A DNA stretch of 54,974 nt from Gemmatimonadota bacterium (GTDB lineage: Bacteria > Gemmatimonadota > Gemmatimonadetes > Longimicrobiales > Gaopeijiaceae), in assembly GCA_039589315.1 (NCBI GenBank), contig JBDHHQ010000023.1:1-54974 (forward strand), given 5' to 3'. How positions within the stretch are numbered: position 1 is the first letter of the stretch; each line of letters starts with the position of its first letter. The notes under the pieces are model-generated. The model worked only from the letters and a program-made list of their open reading frames with translations. It did no database searches and was not told the origin of the DNA. Positions 1-8,864 of this stretch are shown in pieces. The translations under genes were made by a program, and so were the position numbers.

Positions 1-2
1 AG

Positions 3-287
3 CTAGAGCGTCTTCGCAGGTCTGCCCGGGTCACGCGCGTGCTGGCCTGGGTGGTCATGGGGGTTTGCGGGCTCATGGCCCTCGCGCTCGTTCCGGGGCT
101 GGTGGTGGCGTGGCGGCTCGGGGAGTGGAGCGTCCTGCTGCTGGGGGCCGTCGGGCTGGTCTTGCTGGTCTCGGTGGTAGGGCTGACGCTGGTGCTGCTC
201 CGCAGGCAGCGCCAGATCCTCCAGGCGGGAGAGATGCTCCTGCGCCTTCAGGGCGAGGCCCGGGTCGACCCCGACGCGACGATCTGA
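3..287 (+). CDS. 5'-partial small membrane protein (two hydrophobic helices)
   Basis: Frame is open from base 3 (LERLRRSARVTRVLAWVV...) to TGA at 285-287; two long hydrophobic stretches. Confidence 0.6.
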   Translation, partial: LERLRRSARVTRVLAWVVMGVCGLMALALVPGLVVAWRLGEWSVLLLGAVGLVLLVSVVGLTLVLLRRQRQILQAGEMLLRLQGEARVDPDATI

Positions 288-343
288 TCGACGCGTCCCG
301 GTGCTTCAGGAGCGTCACGCCCTCCTGACGCCGAGAACTCCCA

Positions 344-2143
344 CTACCTATCCGGCGCCACCGCCGTCCCCACGGCTCCCCCATCCCTGTCTCTCGGGTC
401 GGCCGCGCCGACCCGCTCTCTCGTGTCCGGATCGATGAGGATGGCGTGCACGCTGCCCTGGGAGCTCCGACTCACGACACGGTGTCCCAGGGTCTCCAAG
501 GCGGCCACCAGCTCAGCATCCGCGGCCTCTTCTTCCAGCCGGATCTCGTCCGGTAGCCACTGATGGTGGAAGCGAGGGACGCTCACCGCCTCCCCCACAC
601 CCATCTCGAGCTCGGTGAGGTTCAGCGTCACCTGCAGCACGCTGTTGATGATGGTCCGCCCCCCGGGTGTACCCAACACCGCCGCGAGACGCCCCCCTCG
701 AGCCAGGATCGTGGGGGTCATACTGGACAACATGCGCTGCTCGGGTCGTGCGAGGTTCGGCTCGGTCCCGATCAGTCCGGTCTCGTCGGTGATCCCTGGT
801 CCGGCGTTGAAGTCGCCCATTTCGTTGTTCAGCAGGAACCCGGCGCCCGGCACCGTGATCTTGGAGCCGTATCCCTGCTCCAGCGTGTAGGTCACCGAGA
901 CCGCCAGGCCCTCGGCGTCCACGACCGAGTAGTGGGTGGTCTCCTCACCGGCCGGCACTGGAGCCACGTCAGCTGCCGAAGAGACACCGGCCGCGCTGGA
1001 ACTTATAAGATACCTCAACTGATCAGCGTATTCCATTGATGTGAGATGCTTTACGGGGACATCCGAGAAGTCCGGATCTGCCAGATGTCGCGCTCGATCG
1101 CGGTATGCCAACCGCATGGCCTCGGTCAGGTGGTGCACGTAGCTCGGGGAGTTGTGCCCCATCTCCGCGAGGTCGAACCCCCAGAGGATGTTGAGCATCT
1201 GGATCAGGGCGACGCCGCCGCTGGACGGCGGCGGCATACTGATCACGTCGTAGCCGCGGAACGTGCCCCGAACCGGCTCCCGCTCGACCGCCTCGTACCG
1301 AGCCAGATCCTCCTCCGTGATCATCCCGCCGTTCCTGCCCATCTCCTCCGCCAGGAGCCGGGCCGTCTCTCCCGTATAGAAGCCGTCCCTGCCCTCGTCC
1401 CGGATGCGCCCCAGCGTCCTGGCGAGATCGGGCTGCCGCCACAGCTCCCCTTCCCTGTAGGGTGCGCCGTCCTTGCTGAACGCCGCCCGGCTCGCCGGAT
1501 AGCGGCTCAGTCGCGGGAGCGCCCCGTTGAGGGACGAAGCCAACCCCGAGGTGACCTCGAACCCGTCGCCCGCGAGCCGCACCGCCGGCTCAACCAGGTC
1601 CGCCCAGGTGGTGGAACCGTATCGGCCGTGGGCCAGGGCGAATCCGGCCACCGTCCCCGGCACGCCTACCGCCAGATGACTGCGGTGGTGCAGTTCTTCC
1701 GAGTACTCGCCGCTCTCGTCCAGGAACATCTCGGCGTGAGCGGCTAGCGGAGCCTTTTCCCGGAAGTCGAAGGCCGTAGCCCGTCCATCCGGAAAACGGA
1801 TTACCATGAAGCCGCCGCCGCCGATATTCCCTGCTGTCGGGTGTACGACAGCGAGCGCAAACCCCGTTGCGACAGCAGCGTCTACGGCGTTACCCCCGCC
1901 CTCCAGCACTGCGCGACCGACCTCACTCGCGATGCGGTTGGCCGACACGACCATGCCCCCGCTGGAGCGGACCTCCGGGGCGACGGTCGGGGCCCGGGTT
2001 TCGGAAACGGGCCGCTCGGGTGTATCGGGCGCCGGCGAGGGCGAGCATCCGAGGAGCAGCGCGAGGGAAAGGGCGATCGCCTCGGCCGAGCGACGCCAGA
2101 TGCCCACGGGGGCGAAGTCCGGTTTCATTCTCTTACAAAACAT
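344..2143 (-). CDS. ggt: Gamma-glutamyltransferase, probably exported/lipoprotein
   Basis: GGNAVDAAVA, GNIGGGGF, DFREKAP, autoprocessing Thr in EETTHYSVVD, LNNEMGDF, SSMTP, TPGG motifs; LALLLGC lipobox-like N-terminus; exact start uncertain. Confidence 0.95.
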   Translation of the reverse strand: MFCKRMKPDFAPVGIWRRSAEAIALSLALLLGCSPSPAPDTPERPVSETRAPTVAPEVRSSGGMVVSANRIASEVGRAVLEGGGNAVDAAVATGFALAVVHPTAGNIGGGGFMVIRFPDGRATAFDFREKAPLAAHAEMFLDESGEYSEELHHRSHLAVGVPGTVAGFALAHGRYGSTTWADLVEPAVRLAGDGFEVTSGLASSLNGALPRLSRYPASRAAFSKDGAPYREGELWRQPDLARTLGRIRDEGRDGFYTGETARLLAEEMGRNGGMITEEDLARYEAVEREPVRGTFRGYDVISMPPPSSGGVALIQMLNILWGFDLAEMGHNSPSYVHHLTEAMRLAYRDRARHLADPDFSDVPVKHLTSMEYADQLRYLISSSAAGVSSAADVAPVPAGEETTHYSVVDAEGLAVSVTYTLEQGYGSKITVPGAGFLLNNEMGDFNAGPGITDETGLIGTEPNLARPEQRMLSSMTPTILARGGRLAAVLGTPGGRTIINSVLQVTLNLTELEMGVGEAVSVPRFHHQWLPDEIRLEEEAADAELVAALETLGHRVVSRSSQGSVHAILIDPDTRERVGAADPRDRDGGAVGTAVAPDR

Positions 2144-2337
2144 CCGTTTAGCGCAGTGACGCGGTTACGGGCACGAGCGGAGGATTCCCAGCGTGGTAGG
2201 CATTTCGCGGGCAAGCGTAAAGCGCAATGCTCCTTGCAGAATGTGGAGACATGCGACCGCTGGGTGACTCGCTCCTTGCCCTGGGATCCCCCTTGATTCC
2301 CATGAAAGGTAAAGACTTACGGCGACCCTGCCGACAC

Positions 2338-2353
2338 TGGCAACCCTTTTGCC
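2338..2353 (+). promoter_or_regulatory. Putative sigma-54 (-24/-12) promoter of the fimbrial-like operon
   Basis: TGGCAACCCTTTTGCC = GG-N10-GC, close to the TGGCAC-N5-TTGC consensus, about 150 bp upstream of the pilin-like start. Confidence 0.6.
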
Positions 2354-2499
2354 TCCAACCGTTGTGCCCCCCGAAAGGCAAACACGGCATCTCACGCCAC
2401 AGCGTCGGGCCGGAATGACCCGCCTCGGCCTCAGCCTCCAGGGGGCGGAACGTGACCGATCGCGAGGAAGCGCGATCCAATCACCTCTGGAGGACAACG

Positions 2500-3024
2500 A
2501 TGAGGAAGCTCGTAGCAACCTTGGCTTTCGCGGCCGCATTCCTGTTGGTCAGCGCCGAGTCGGCCTACGGGCAGAGTGACCAGGAGACGGTCAACGTCTC
2601 GGTCACGATCCCGCAGGTGCTGGTGCTGGACGTCAACACGAACTCCATCCCTTACGGGACCATCAACGATAACCAGGTCGGAACGGCCATCACGGCTGGG
2701 ACGAACACCGTCCTGTCGTTCCGTGGCAACGTCCCCATGAGCCTGGCCGTGGCTTCGGCGACCGACTTCTTCGACGCCGTCGACGTGGCCAACGACAACA
2801 CGAAGCCGTCGACGGACCTGGCGTGGTCGGCCTCGGCCGCGGGCGCGGTGACGCTCTCCAATACCAGCGGGACCTTCAGCACGAGCTCCACATCGCTCTT
2901 CTCGGGTCAGGCCCGCGGGGCCTACATCGACGAGATCACCGTCCAGTACGACCTGACGGTGAACTGGGCCGACGATCCGGATACGTACGACCTGGACGTG
3001 GTCTACACGCTGAGCACGCCGTGA
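2500..3024 (+). CDS. Putative major pilin/fimbrial subunit (secreted, beta-rich)
   Basis: GGAGGA RBS; signal peptide MRKLVATLAFAAAFLLVSAESAYG; N-terminal alternating strand ETVNVSVTIPQVLVLDV; C-terminal WADDPDTYDLDVVYTL motif typical of chaperone-usher pilins. Confidence 0.7.
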   Translation: MRKLVATLAFAAAFLLVSAESAYGQSDQETVNVSVTIPQVLVLDVNTNSIPYGTINDNQVGTAITAGTNTVLSFRGNVPMSLAVASATDFFDAVDVANDNTKPSTDLAWSASAAGAVTLSNTSGTFSTSSTSLFSGQARGAYIDEITVQYDLTVNWADDPDTYDLDVVYTLSTP

Positions 3025-3049
3025 TCCGAACGATGGCAGCTTGACCAGG

Positions 3050-3079
3050 CGAGGCCGCGGGGAATGCCCCGCGGCCTCG
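3050..3079 (+). terminator. 13-bp perfect GC hairpin after the major subunit gene (terminator/attenuator or mRNA stabiliser)
   Basis: CGAGGCCGCGGGG-AATG-CCCCGCGGCCTCG; no clear U tract. Confidence 0.6.
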
Positions 3080-3126
3080 AGGCCGTCCGCCGAGAACGCA
3101 ACTCCCCCAAGGTGCGGAACGAGCTC

Positions 3127-3933
3127 ATGCAAGACAAAGCGGGTAGGGCCCGGTTGGGGACGACCGGCGCAAGGTCTGTCCAAGCCCTCTCCATCACCCT
3201 GCTCATGGTGTTGGCGTCGGCGTCCCCATCGCGGGCGCAGTTCGGTGCGTATCCGGTGGTCATGAGCTTCGACTCCGGCGAGCCCGAGACCCAGGTCCTG
3301 ACGATCCTCAACGAGGCCGCGGAGCCCATGCAGGTTCGTCTGTACCTCGGCGACTTCGAGCAGCAGCCCGAGGGAGACAACCAATTCGGCAAGCTGGGTG
3401 CCCACCCCATGAGCTGCGCCGGCCGTCTTTCCGTCTTCCCCGAGTCCGTGAACCTCGAGGCCGGCACGACGGCCCGGGTCCGCGTGACGATGACCGAGGG
3501 CAACGGCGTTTGCTGGTCCGCTCTCTTCGCCGAACGCGGCGTTCCGGACGAGCAATTCAAGATCGCCCACCGGATCGCCATCAAGGTCCACGCTCACCCA
3601 CCCGAGGCCAGGGCCGAGGCTCAGGTGCTGGACGTGCAGGTAGAGCCCGACGACGCCGGCCTGGCCACGGTAGTTACGCTCGACAACACCGGGACCCGGA
3701 ATCTCCGACCGGCGGGCACCCTCGAGGTGCGATCTCTGACCGGAGACGTGGTGCACAGCCAGGAGATCCCCACGTTCAGCGTGCTGCCCGGTCACCGTCG
3801 TGTGGTCCGGATCCCTCTCCCCATCGATCTCCCGCCTGGGGATCTGCTCTCCATTCCGATCCTGGACATCGGCCAGGACCATCTGCTCGGAGGGCAAGCT
3901 TCCTTCCAGGTGACGGCCGCGCGGGAGCGGTAG
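3127..3933 (+). CDS. Putative periplasmic pilus assembly chaperone (PapD-like, two Ig domains)
   Basis: Signal peptide ending SRAQ; LTILN...QVRLYLGD, LSVFPESVNLEAGTTARVRV and TLDNTGTRNLR patterns resemble fimbrial chaperones; position in the operon. Confidence 0.65.
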   Translation: MQDKAGRARLGTTGARSVQALSITLLMVLASASPSRAQFGAYPVVMSFDSGEPETQVLTILNEAAEPMQVRLYLGDFEQQPEGDNQFGKLGAHPMSCAGRLSVFPESVNLEAGTTARVRVTMTEGNGVCWSALFAERGVPDEQFKIAHRIAIKVHAHPPEARAEAQVLDVQVEPDDAGLATVVTLDNTGTRNLRPAGTLEVRSLTGDVVHSQEIPTFSVLPGHRRVVRIPLPIDLPPGDLLSIPILDIGQDHLLGGQASFQVTAARER

Positions 3934-3934
3934 C

Positions 3935-4402
3935 GTGGCGACCCGCGCCGTAGGTGGGCTCTCAGGAGTCCTCCTGGCCTGCATGGCCCTGGGGGCAGCC
4001 CCGGCGGACGACGCGGGCGACGACCAGCCGCCACCCGGCCGAGTGCACGTAAGCACGAACCTGGTGGGGTTTCCCGTACCGGGCTTGACGGAGCTCACCT
4101 CGGGCTACATCGACGCCACCGAGCCGCTACGCGTGCGCGTCTCGGGAGTCGGGAATCAGGGGTGGGAGCTCTTCCTCCATTCCTTCGACGCCGATCTCGG
4201 GAACGGAAAGCCCCTGGACCACCTGCTCTGGCGGGAGGTGGGGGCCTCTGCCTGGCAATCGGTCGGAACCGTCAGCAGGCTGCTGGCGCAGGGCGAGAAG
4301 CCAGGAGCCGTGGACATCGAGTTCCGGATGCTGCTGAACTGGTTCACGGATCGGCCGGGAACCTACGGCACCGACGTGATCATCGAGCTCTATGTCCAGT
4401 AA
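3935..4402 (+). CDS. Putative minor pilin-like secreted protein
   Basis: Signal peptide; C-terminal WFTDRPGTYGTDVIIEL matches the C-terminal motif of the 2500-3024 protein. Confidence 0.6.
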   Translation: MATRAVGGLSGVLLACMALGAAPADDAGDDQPPPGRVHVSTNLVGFPVPGLTELTSGYIDATEPLRVRVSGVGNQGWELFLHSFDADLGNGKPLDHLLWREVGASAWQSVGTVSRLLAQGEKPGAVDIEFRMLLNWFTDRPGTYGTDVIIELYVQ

Positions 4403-7400
4403 GCGCTTGCGGTTCGTCCTGGTCATGGGCCTCCTGGTCTCCGTGCCGCCTTCGCGCGCGGCCGCGCAGGACCCACCCTCGGTGGCCCCGGGAAGCGTGG
4501 CCACGCTTCCGGTCCGTCTGCCCGTGCCCCTGGCGGCGGGCGAGTCGGCTCGGCTGCGCGTCGTGCTCGCCGAAGGGCTGCAGCTGTTCGGCCAGGCCGA
4601 GCGGACGGTGACGGTCCCCAGCGCCGGCGAGCTCATCGTGCCCCTGACCTTCCAATTGCCTACGACCTTCCCCGCGGGCGTCGCTCGCGTGGCCAGCGTG
4701 GAGGTGCAGTGGAGCGACGGGACCTGGTCTCGGATGGGCCTGGAGATCCGGGTGAGCGTCGTGGCCCGTCTGAGCCTGGGCCTGGGAGAATCCGCTGGTA
4801 CGGTCACGCCGGGCAACTCGGTGGAAGTCCCGTTCTCCATCGTCAATGAGGGGAACGCCACTGACTCGATCTTTCTGGGCCTGGACCAAGCGCCGGACTG
4901 GGAGATCGAGGGCCCGCCGCAGCCCTTCGTCCTGGACCCGAATGCTACGGCTTCCGGCGTGATTCGGCTGGAGGCCCCCCGCACCGCGGCGACGGGCAGC
5001 ATGAAACGGGTCGCCCTGGTCGCGACGGGGACCCGCTCCCAAGCGACGGAGCGGATCTCGGTCTACGTGATCCAGGACGAGTCGTGGGGTGCGACATACG
5101 AGAGGCTCCCGACCTCTGTCTTCGTGGGGGCATTCACAGCACCCGACACGCTCGCTTCCCTGGATCAGGTGATCGCGTCGGTGAACGCCTACGGCGTGGT
5201 CGGCGGAGACACCGAAATCGGGATACGCGCGTCCCGGTACGCCGATCGGGTCCCACCGTCGAGCTTCCGCAGCCTTCTACCGCCCCCCCGGTTCCAGTTG
5301 ATGTTGGGCCGGCCCACATGGCGGGCGACGGTAGGTGACACGTACTTCACGCCTGAGCCGTTCGGGACGTTCATCCGGAACGCGCAGGGCATCAACGTCC
5401 AGTTGGACCGCGGCGCTTTGAACGGCAGTCTTCTCGTCGGCCGTCCGTTGTCCGGCGCCGACCGGAACGAGGGCCACGTGGTGTTGGGCGACCTCAGCGT
5501 GGCCAGGGTGGGCCAAGGCCGCCTCTCAGTCCTGGTTACCGAGGCCGCCCAGACGCTGTTCACCGGCGGGATGCCGGAGCGTTCCCAGGCCCTGGGAGCG
5601 CGCTACCGGTTGTCGTCGCTGAGAGGGGCGCTCTTCGAGGCAGAAGCCGGCTGGACGCGCGTCACGGACAGCGCGAACAGGTCGGAGTCGGGTCCCACCG
5701 GGGCCATCCGCGGTCGGGTCGGCGGGCCTGATCAGTCGCTGGATTTCGCGGCCCGCTACGTTCCCGCCAGCCTTCCGGGGATCACCGCCGGCGCCAGCGA
5801 GGCGTTCCTGGCCGGGGCAAAGCGGCTCACGGGGGCCACGCGCGCCGTCGGCCAGGCCCGCTACTTCCACAGACCCCTCCTGGGCAGCGACTTCAGTCCG
5901 AGGACCGTTTCGGGGACTTTGGGATTCGGCCTCACGCCGCTGGCGTTCACGGATTTCCTGGCCACGTACCAGTTCAGGAGAGCGTTCGAGACGGGTGTGC
6001 TGGGTCTCGACGAGACCGAACACAGGATCGGGCTGGACGCGAACGTCGACCTGGGTCGAGTCTCGTTTAGACTCGGTGCTCGGCGGGGGACGGCCACGCT
6101 GGCTGGAGAGGAATCTCCTACTCTTCGCTTCACCGGGTCGCTGCGCTACGCCGACCGGTACGCCATGCTGGGACTCGCCACGTGGTACGAAAGCGGTGGC
6201 TTCCGGCCCACACGAATCCAATCGCAGCTGGATGCCCAGTGGACCTATCGGGCCCTGTCCATGGCTGCGGGCCTCATCGTGTCCCGCACCGAGGGCCTCG
6301 GGTACGATGACCCGTACGGCTGGGCCAACGTCGCGGTGCAGCTCCGGCACGACCTGGCCCTGGTGCTCGGGGTCGAAGAGAACACGACAACGATATCACA
6401 GGGCGAGGTCCGCTTCTCCCTGGGCTTGCGAAAGGACTTTGGCCTGCCGCTGCCGGTGCGGAGAAAGCCCGTCGTGGAGGGCGAAGTCTACCAAGACGCC
6501 GACAACAACGGCCGCCGGGACCCGGGGGAGCCGGGCGTACCTGACGTACGGTTGATTCTCGGGCCCAAGGAGGTGAGCACCGACCACGAGGGCCGCTTCC
6601 GGGTGGACGGCGAAGCCTTCCGGGGATACCCCCTGCAGGTGGACGTCACGAGCCTCGCGGAGGACGTGCTGCTGCCTCCCAGCCGTCGGCTTCCCTCGGA
6701 GGGACAAGTCTCCATCCCGGTTCTCGAGACGACCACAGGCGTATTGACCTTCTTCCTGGATTCGAATCGAAGCGGTCGCAGGGACGCCGACGAAGGTGCT
6801 GCCGCCGGCGCCCGGATCACTTTGACGGACCCGGTCGGACGCGTCCTCGTGCACTTCACTGACGACAGGGGCGTCGTGCACCTCTCAGGGCTGCCGTACG
6901 GTGCCTATTCCGTCTCCGCAGTGGTGCCCGAGGGAACGCGTAACCGGGAAACGGAGACGACGTTCACTCTCGAGGTGACCCGAGGAGAGACGCTCGCACG
7001 AGAAGTGGGCCTCGACGACGGCGCCCGGACGATCCTCTTCCGGTCCGAGCCCGACGCCGACTCGCTTCCGCGGGTCCCAGCGGTGCCCACCTTCGACTTC
7101 GGGTCTCCGACGGACCGGGTCGTGGCACCCCGAGACGGGGGTCGGGACGGCGATGCCGCTCCCCGACAGCAGGGCGACCCACCGCCGCGCCAGAAGCAAG
7201 AAGAGGGGGCGGCGCCTGGGCAGGTGCCGGTCGACGATCGACCTCACGAGGACCCCGCCGGCGGGACCGGCGCGCCCACCCAGCCCAAGAAGCAGGACAG
7301 CGAGGCGCACGACGCCCACGCAGAGCCGGCGCCACGGCAGGATGGTAGAGCCAAAGGCGGCCCCTCGTTGGCCTTGCGCGCCATTCCTCCCGAGCCGGCC

Positions 7401-8207
7401 GTCCTGAGGACGGGGGCTTTCCGGCCACCGGTCGGGTTAGCGGTTGCGGTCACTCCGCACAGGATCGACGTCGCCCCTCCGGCCGCGCTCGCCCTGCGCG
7501 AGCTGGAGCCCAAGGCCGCGACGCTGATGGCGCGTCACGACCGGCAGGCGCTCGCGCTGCAGGTGCCGGCCGATCCCGTCGCCACGGACGTCGGCCCGGC
7601 TGCCGCGCTCGCCCTGCGCGAGCTGGAGCCCAAGGCCGCGACGCTGATGGCGCGTCACGACCGGCAGGCGCTCGCGCTGCAGGTCTCGGCCGATCCCGTC
7701 GCCACGGACGTCGGCCCGGCTGCCGCGCTCGCCCTGCGCGAGCTGGAGCCCAAGGTCGTGCCCCCGACCGGCGCGGCCCTCGCGCCGGTGGTGGCGCTCC
7801 GTACTCTGGCTGTGCCCGCCGTCCCGCTTCCGCCGGCCTTCGGCCTCGCTCTGGCAGGTAGCCACCTGGCCTGGGCAGAGGCCCCCCCAGTACCGGTCAG
7901 GCCCGCCGTATCCGGCACACGCGCCACCGAGGCCGGAGTGAGACCTGTGCAGATCGAGGCCTCCGACACGACCGGAGGTGCTCGGCTCCGGCGCCCCGTC
8001 GTGGCCTCACTACTCCCGCCAACGGCAACGGCCGCGTCCGTGCCTTGGTCGTTGCGGGCTCGTCCGGTGGAGGAGAACCGGGATACGGGACCACCTGGGC
8101 CACGCGAGTACCCTGCCCTGCCACGCTGGCTGGAGGTCCGGCTACACGCCGGTCGGCGTGGGCGACGTCGGGATCCAGGCCGGTCGCTCGCGGAGGTGCC
8201 CAGCTGA
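4392..8207 (+). CDS. Large outer-membrane usher-like protein: N-terminal Ig-like domains, beta-barrel-like core, SdrD-B/carboxypeptidase-regulatory-like domains, Pro/Ala-rich repeat tail
   Basis: Signal peptide; VTPGNSVEVPFSIVNEGNATD Ig-like motif; amphipathic strands; GEVYQDADNNGRRDPGEPGV and FFLDSNRSGRRDADE SdrD-B-like motifs; overlaps the upstream gene. Confidence 0.6.
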   Translation: MSSKRLRFVLVMGLLVSVPPSRAAAQDPPSVAPGSVATLPVRLPVPLAAGESARLRVVLAEGLQLFGQAERTVTVPSAGELIVPLTFQLPTTFPAGVARVASVEVQWSDGTWSRMGLEIRVSVVARLSLGLGESAGTVTPGNSVEVPFSIVNEGNATDSIFLGLDQAPDWEIEGPPQPFVLDPNATASGVIRLEAPRTAATGSMKRVALVATGTRSQATERISVYVIQDESWGATYERLPTSVFVGAFTAPDTLASLDQVIASVNAYGVVGGDTEIGIRASRYADRVPPSSFRSLLPPPRFQLMLGRPTWRATVGDTYFTPEPFGTFIRNAQGINVQLDRGALNGSLLVGRPLSGADRNEGHVVLGDLSVARVGQGRLSVLVTEAAQTLFTGGMPERSQALGARYRLSSLRGALFEAEAGWTRVTDSANRSESGPTGAIRGRVGGPDQSLDFAARYVPASLPGITAGASEAFLAGAKRLTGATRAVGQARYFHRPLLGSDFSPRTVSGTLGFGLTPLAFTDFLATYQFRRAFETGVLGLDETEHRIGLDANVDLGRVSFRLGARRGTATLAGEESPTLRFTGSLRYADRYAMLGLATWYESGGFRPTRIQSQLDAQWTYRALSMAAGLIVSRTEGLGYDDPYGWANVAVQLRHDLALVLGVEENTTTISQGEVRFSLGLRKDFGLPLPVRRKPVVEGEVYQDADNNGRRDPGEPGVPDVRLILGPKEVSTDHEGRFRVDGEAFRGYPLQVDVTSLAEDVLLPPSRRLPSEGQVSIPVLETTTGVLTFFLDSNRSGRRDADEGAAAGARITLTDPVGRVLVHFTDDRGVVHLSGLPYGAYSVSAVVPEGTRNRETETTFTLEVTRGETLAREVGLDDGARTILFRSEPDADSLPRVPAVPTFDFGSPTDRVVAPRDGGRDGDAAPRQQGDPPPRQKQEEGAAPGQVPVDDRPHEDPAGGTGAPTQPKKQDSEAHDAHAEPAPRQDGRAKGGPSLALRAIPPEPAVLRTGAFRPPVGLAVAVTPHRIDVAPPAALALRELEPKAATLMARHDRQALALQVPADPVATDVGPAAALALRELEPKAATLMARHDRQALALQVSADPVATDVGPAAALALRELEPKVVPPTGAALAPVVALRTLAVPAVPLPPAFGLALAGSHLAWAEAPPVPVRPAVSGTRATEAGVRPVQIEASDTTGGARLRRPVVASLLPPTATAASVPWSLRARPVEENRDTGPPGPREYPALPRWLEVRLHAGRRGRRRDPGRSLAEVPS
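7482..7755 (+). repeat. In-frame 120-bp tandem repeat, about 2.3 near-identical copies (40-aa unit)
   Basis: GCCGCGCTCGCCCTGCGCGAGCTGGAGCCCAAGG recurs at 7482, 7602 and 7722. Confidence 0.95.
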
Positions 8208-8236
8208 GGGTCGACCGCCGAAGCCAGGTCGCGTGG

Positions 8237-8752
8237 CTACGGGGATTCGGGGACGCCCACGCGGTCGCTGCGGCGCTCGAGCAGGAGCACGTCCCGCCAG
8301 ACGCCGTCCATCTGGCCGAGACGCTCGCGCCGGCCGACGAGTCGGAAGCCGACTCGGGTGTGGACGCGCACGCTGGCGTCGTTCTCGGGGAAGACGCCAG
8401 CCTGTAACGTCCAGATCCCCCGGTCCTCGGAGCTCCGGACCAACGCCTCCATCAGCTCGCCGCCGACGCCCTGCCCGCGGGCTTCGGCGTCGACGTAAAC
8501 GCTGATCTCGGCCACGCCCCCGTACACGCAGCGGTCCGAGACCGGGCTCAACGCCGCCCACCCCACGACCGTTTCGTCCTGGGCGGCAACGAATCGGCTC
8601 TCGGTGAGGTGGCCCTCGTCCCACTCTTCCCACCCGGGAGGCTCGGTCTCGAAGGTCGCGTTACCGGAGGCGATGCCATCGGCGTAGATGCGCCGGACAT
8701 CGTCCCAGTCTGATGCCTGCATCGGCCGGATGATCACGGGTGCCCGGCTCAC
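8237..8752 (-). CDS. GNAT N-acetyltransferase (phosphinothricin acetyltransferase/YncA-like)
   Basis: IYADGIASGNATFE, VAEISVYV, RGQGVG, FPENDASVRVH, GFRLVG, WRDVLLLERR; GTG start estimated. Confidence 0.9.
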   Translation of the reverse strand: MSRAPVIIRPMQASDWDDVRRIYADGIASGNATFETEPPGWEEWDEGHLTESRFVAAQDETVVGWAALSPVSDRCVYGGVAEISVYVDAEARGQGVGGELMEALVRSSEDRGIWTLQAGVFPENDASVRVHTRVGFRLVGRRERLGQMDGVWRDVLLLERRSDRVGVPESP

Positions 8753-8864
8753 CGGCCCATCCCTCCCTCCGGGCGTGGCCCGGTCAGCCGTGCGGTCTCG
8801 CGGAGCGCGGAAGCGCCCGTGTCGGTCGCGTCTCCGCAAAGTGGGGTGGCCTCGGTCATAGGCG

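Noticed and set aside
2370..2450. AAAGGCAAAC resembling the start of a c-di-GMP-I riboswitch upstream of the pilin-like gene
   Set aside because: No GAAA-tetraloop P2 stem and no GACGCAAA or receptor segment follows
2431..4098. Long antisense ORFs (e.g. 2431-4098, 9666-11192, 11682-13196, 40945-42810, 44735-46651)
   Set aside because: Shadow frames of well-supported genes in high-GC DNA, with Arg/Pro/Gly-rich translations and no motifs
7482..7755. Repeat array considered as a CRISPR
   Set aside because: Whole 120-bp units repeat with no unique spacers, in frame within a CDS, and no cas genes are present
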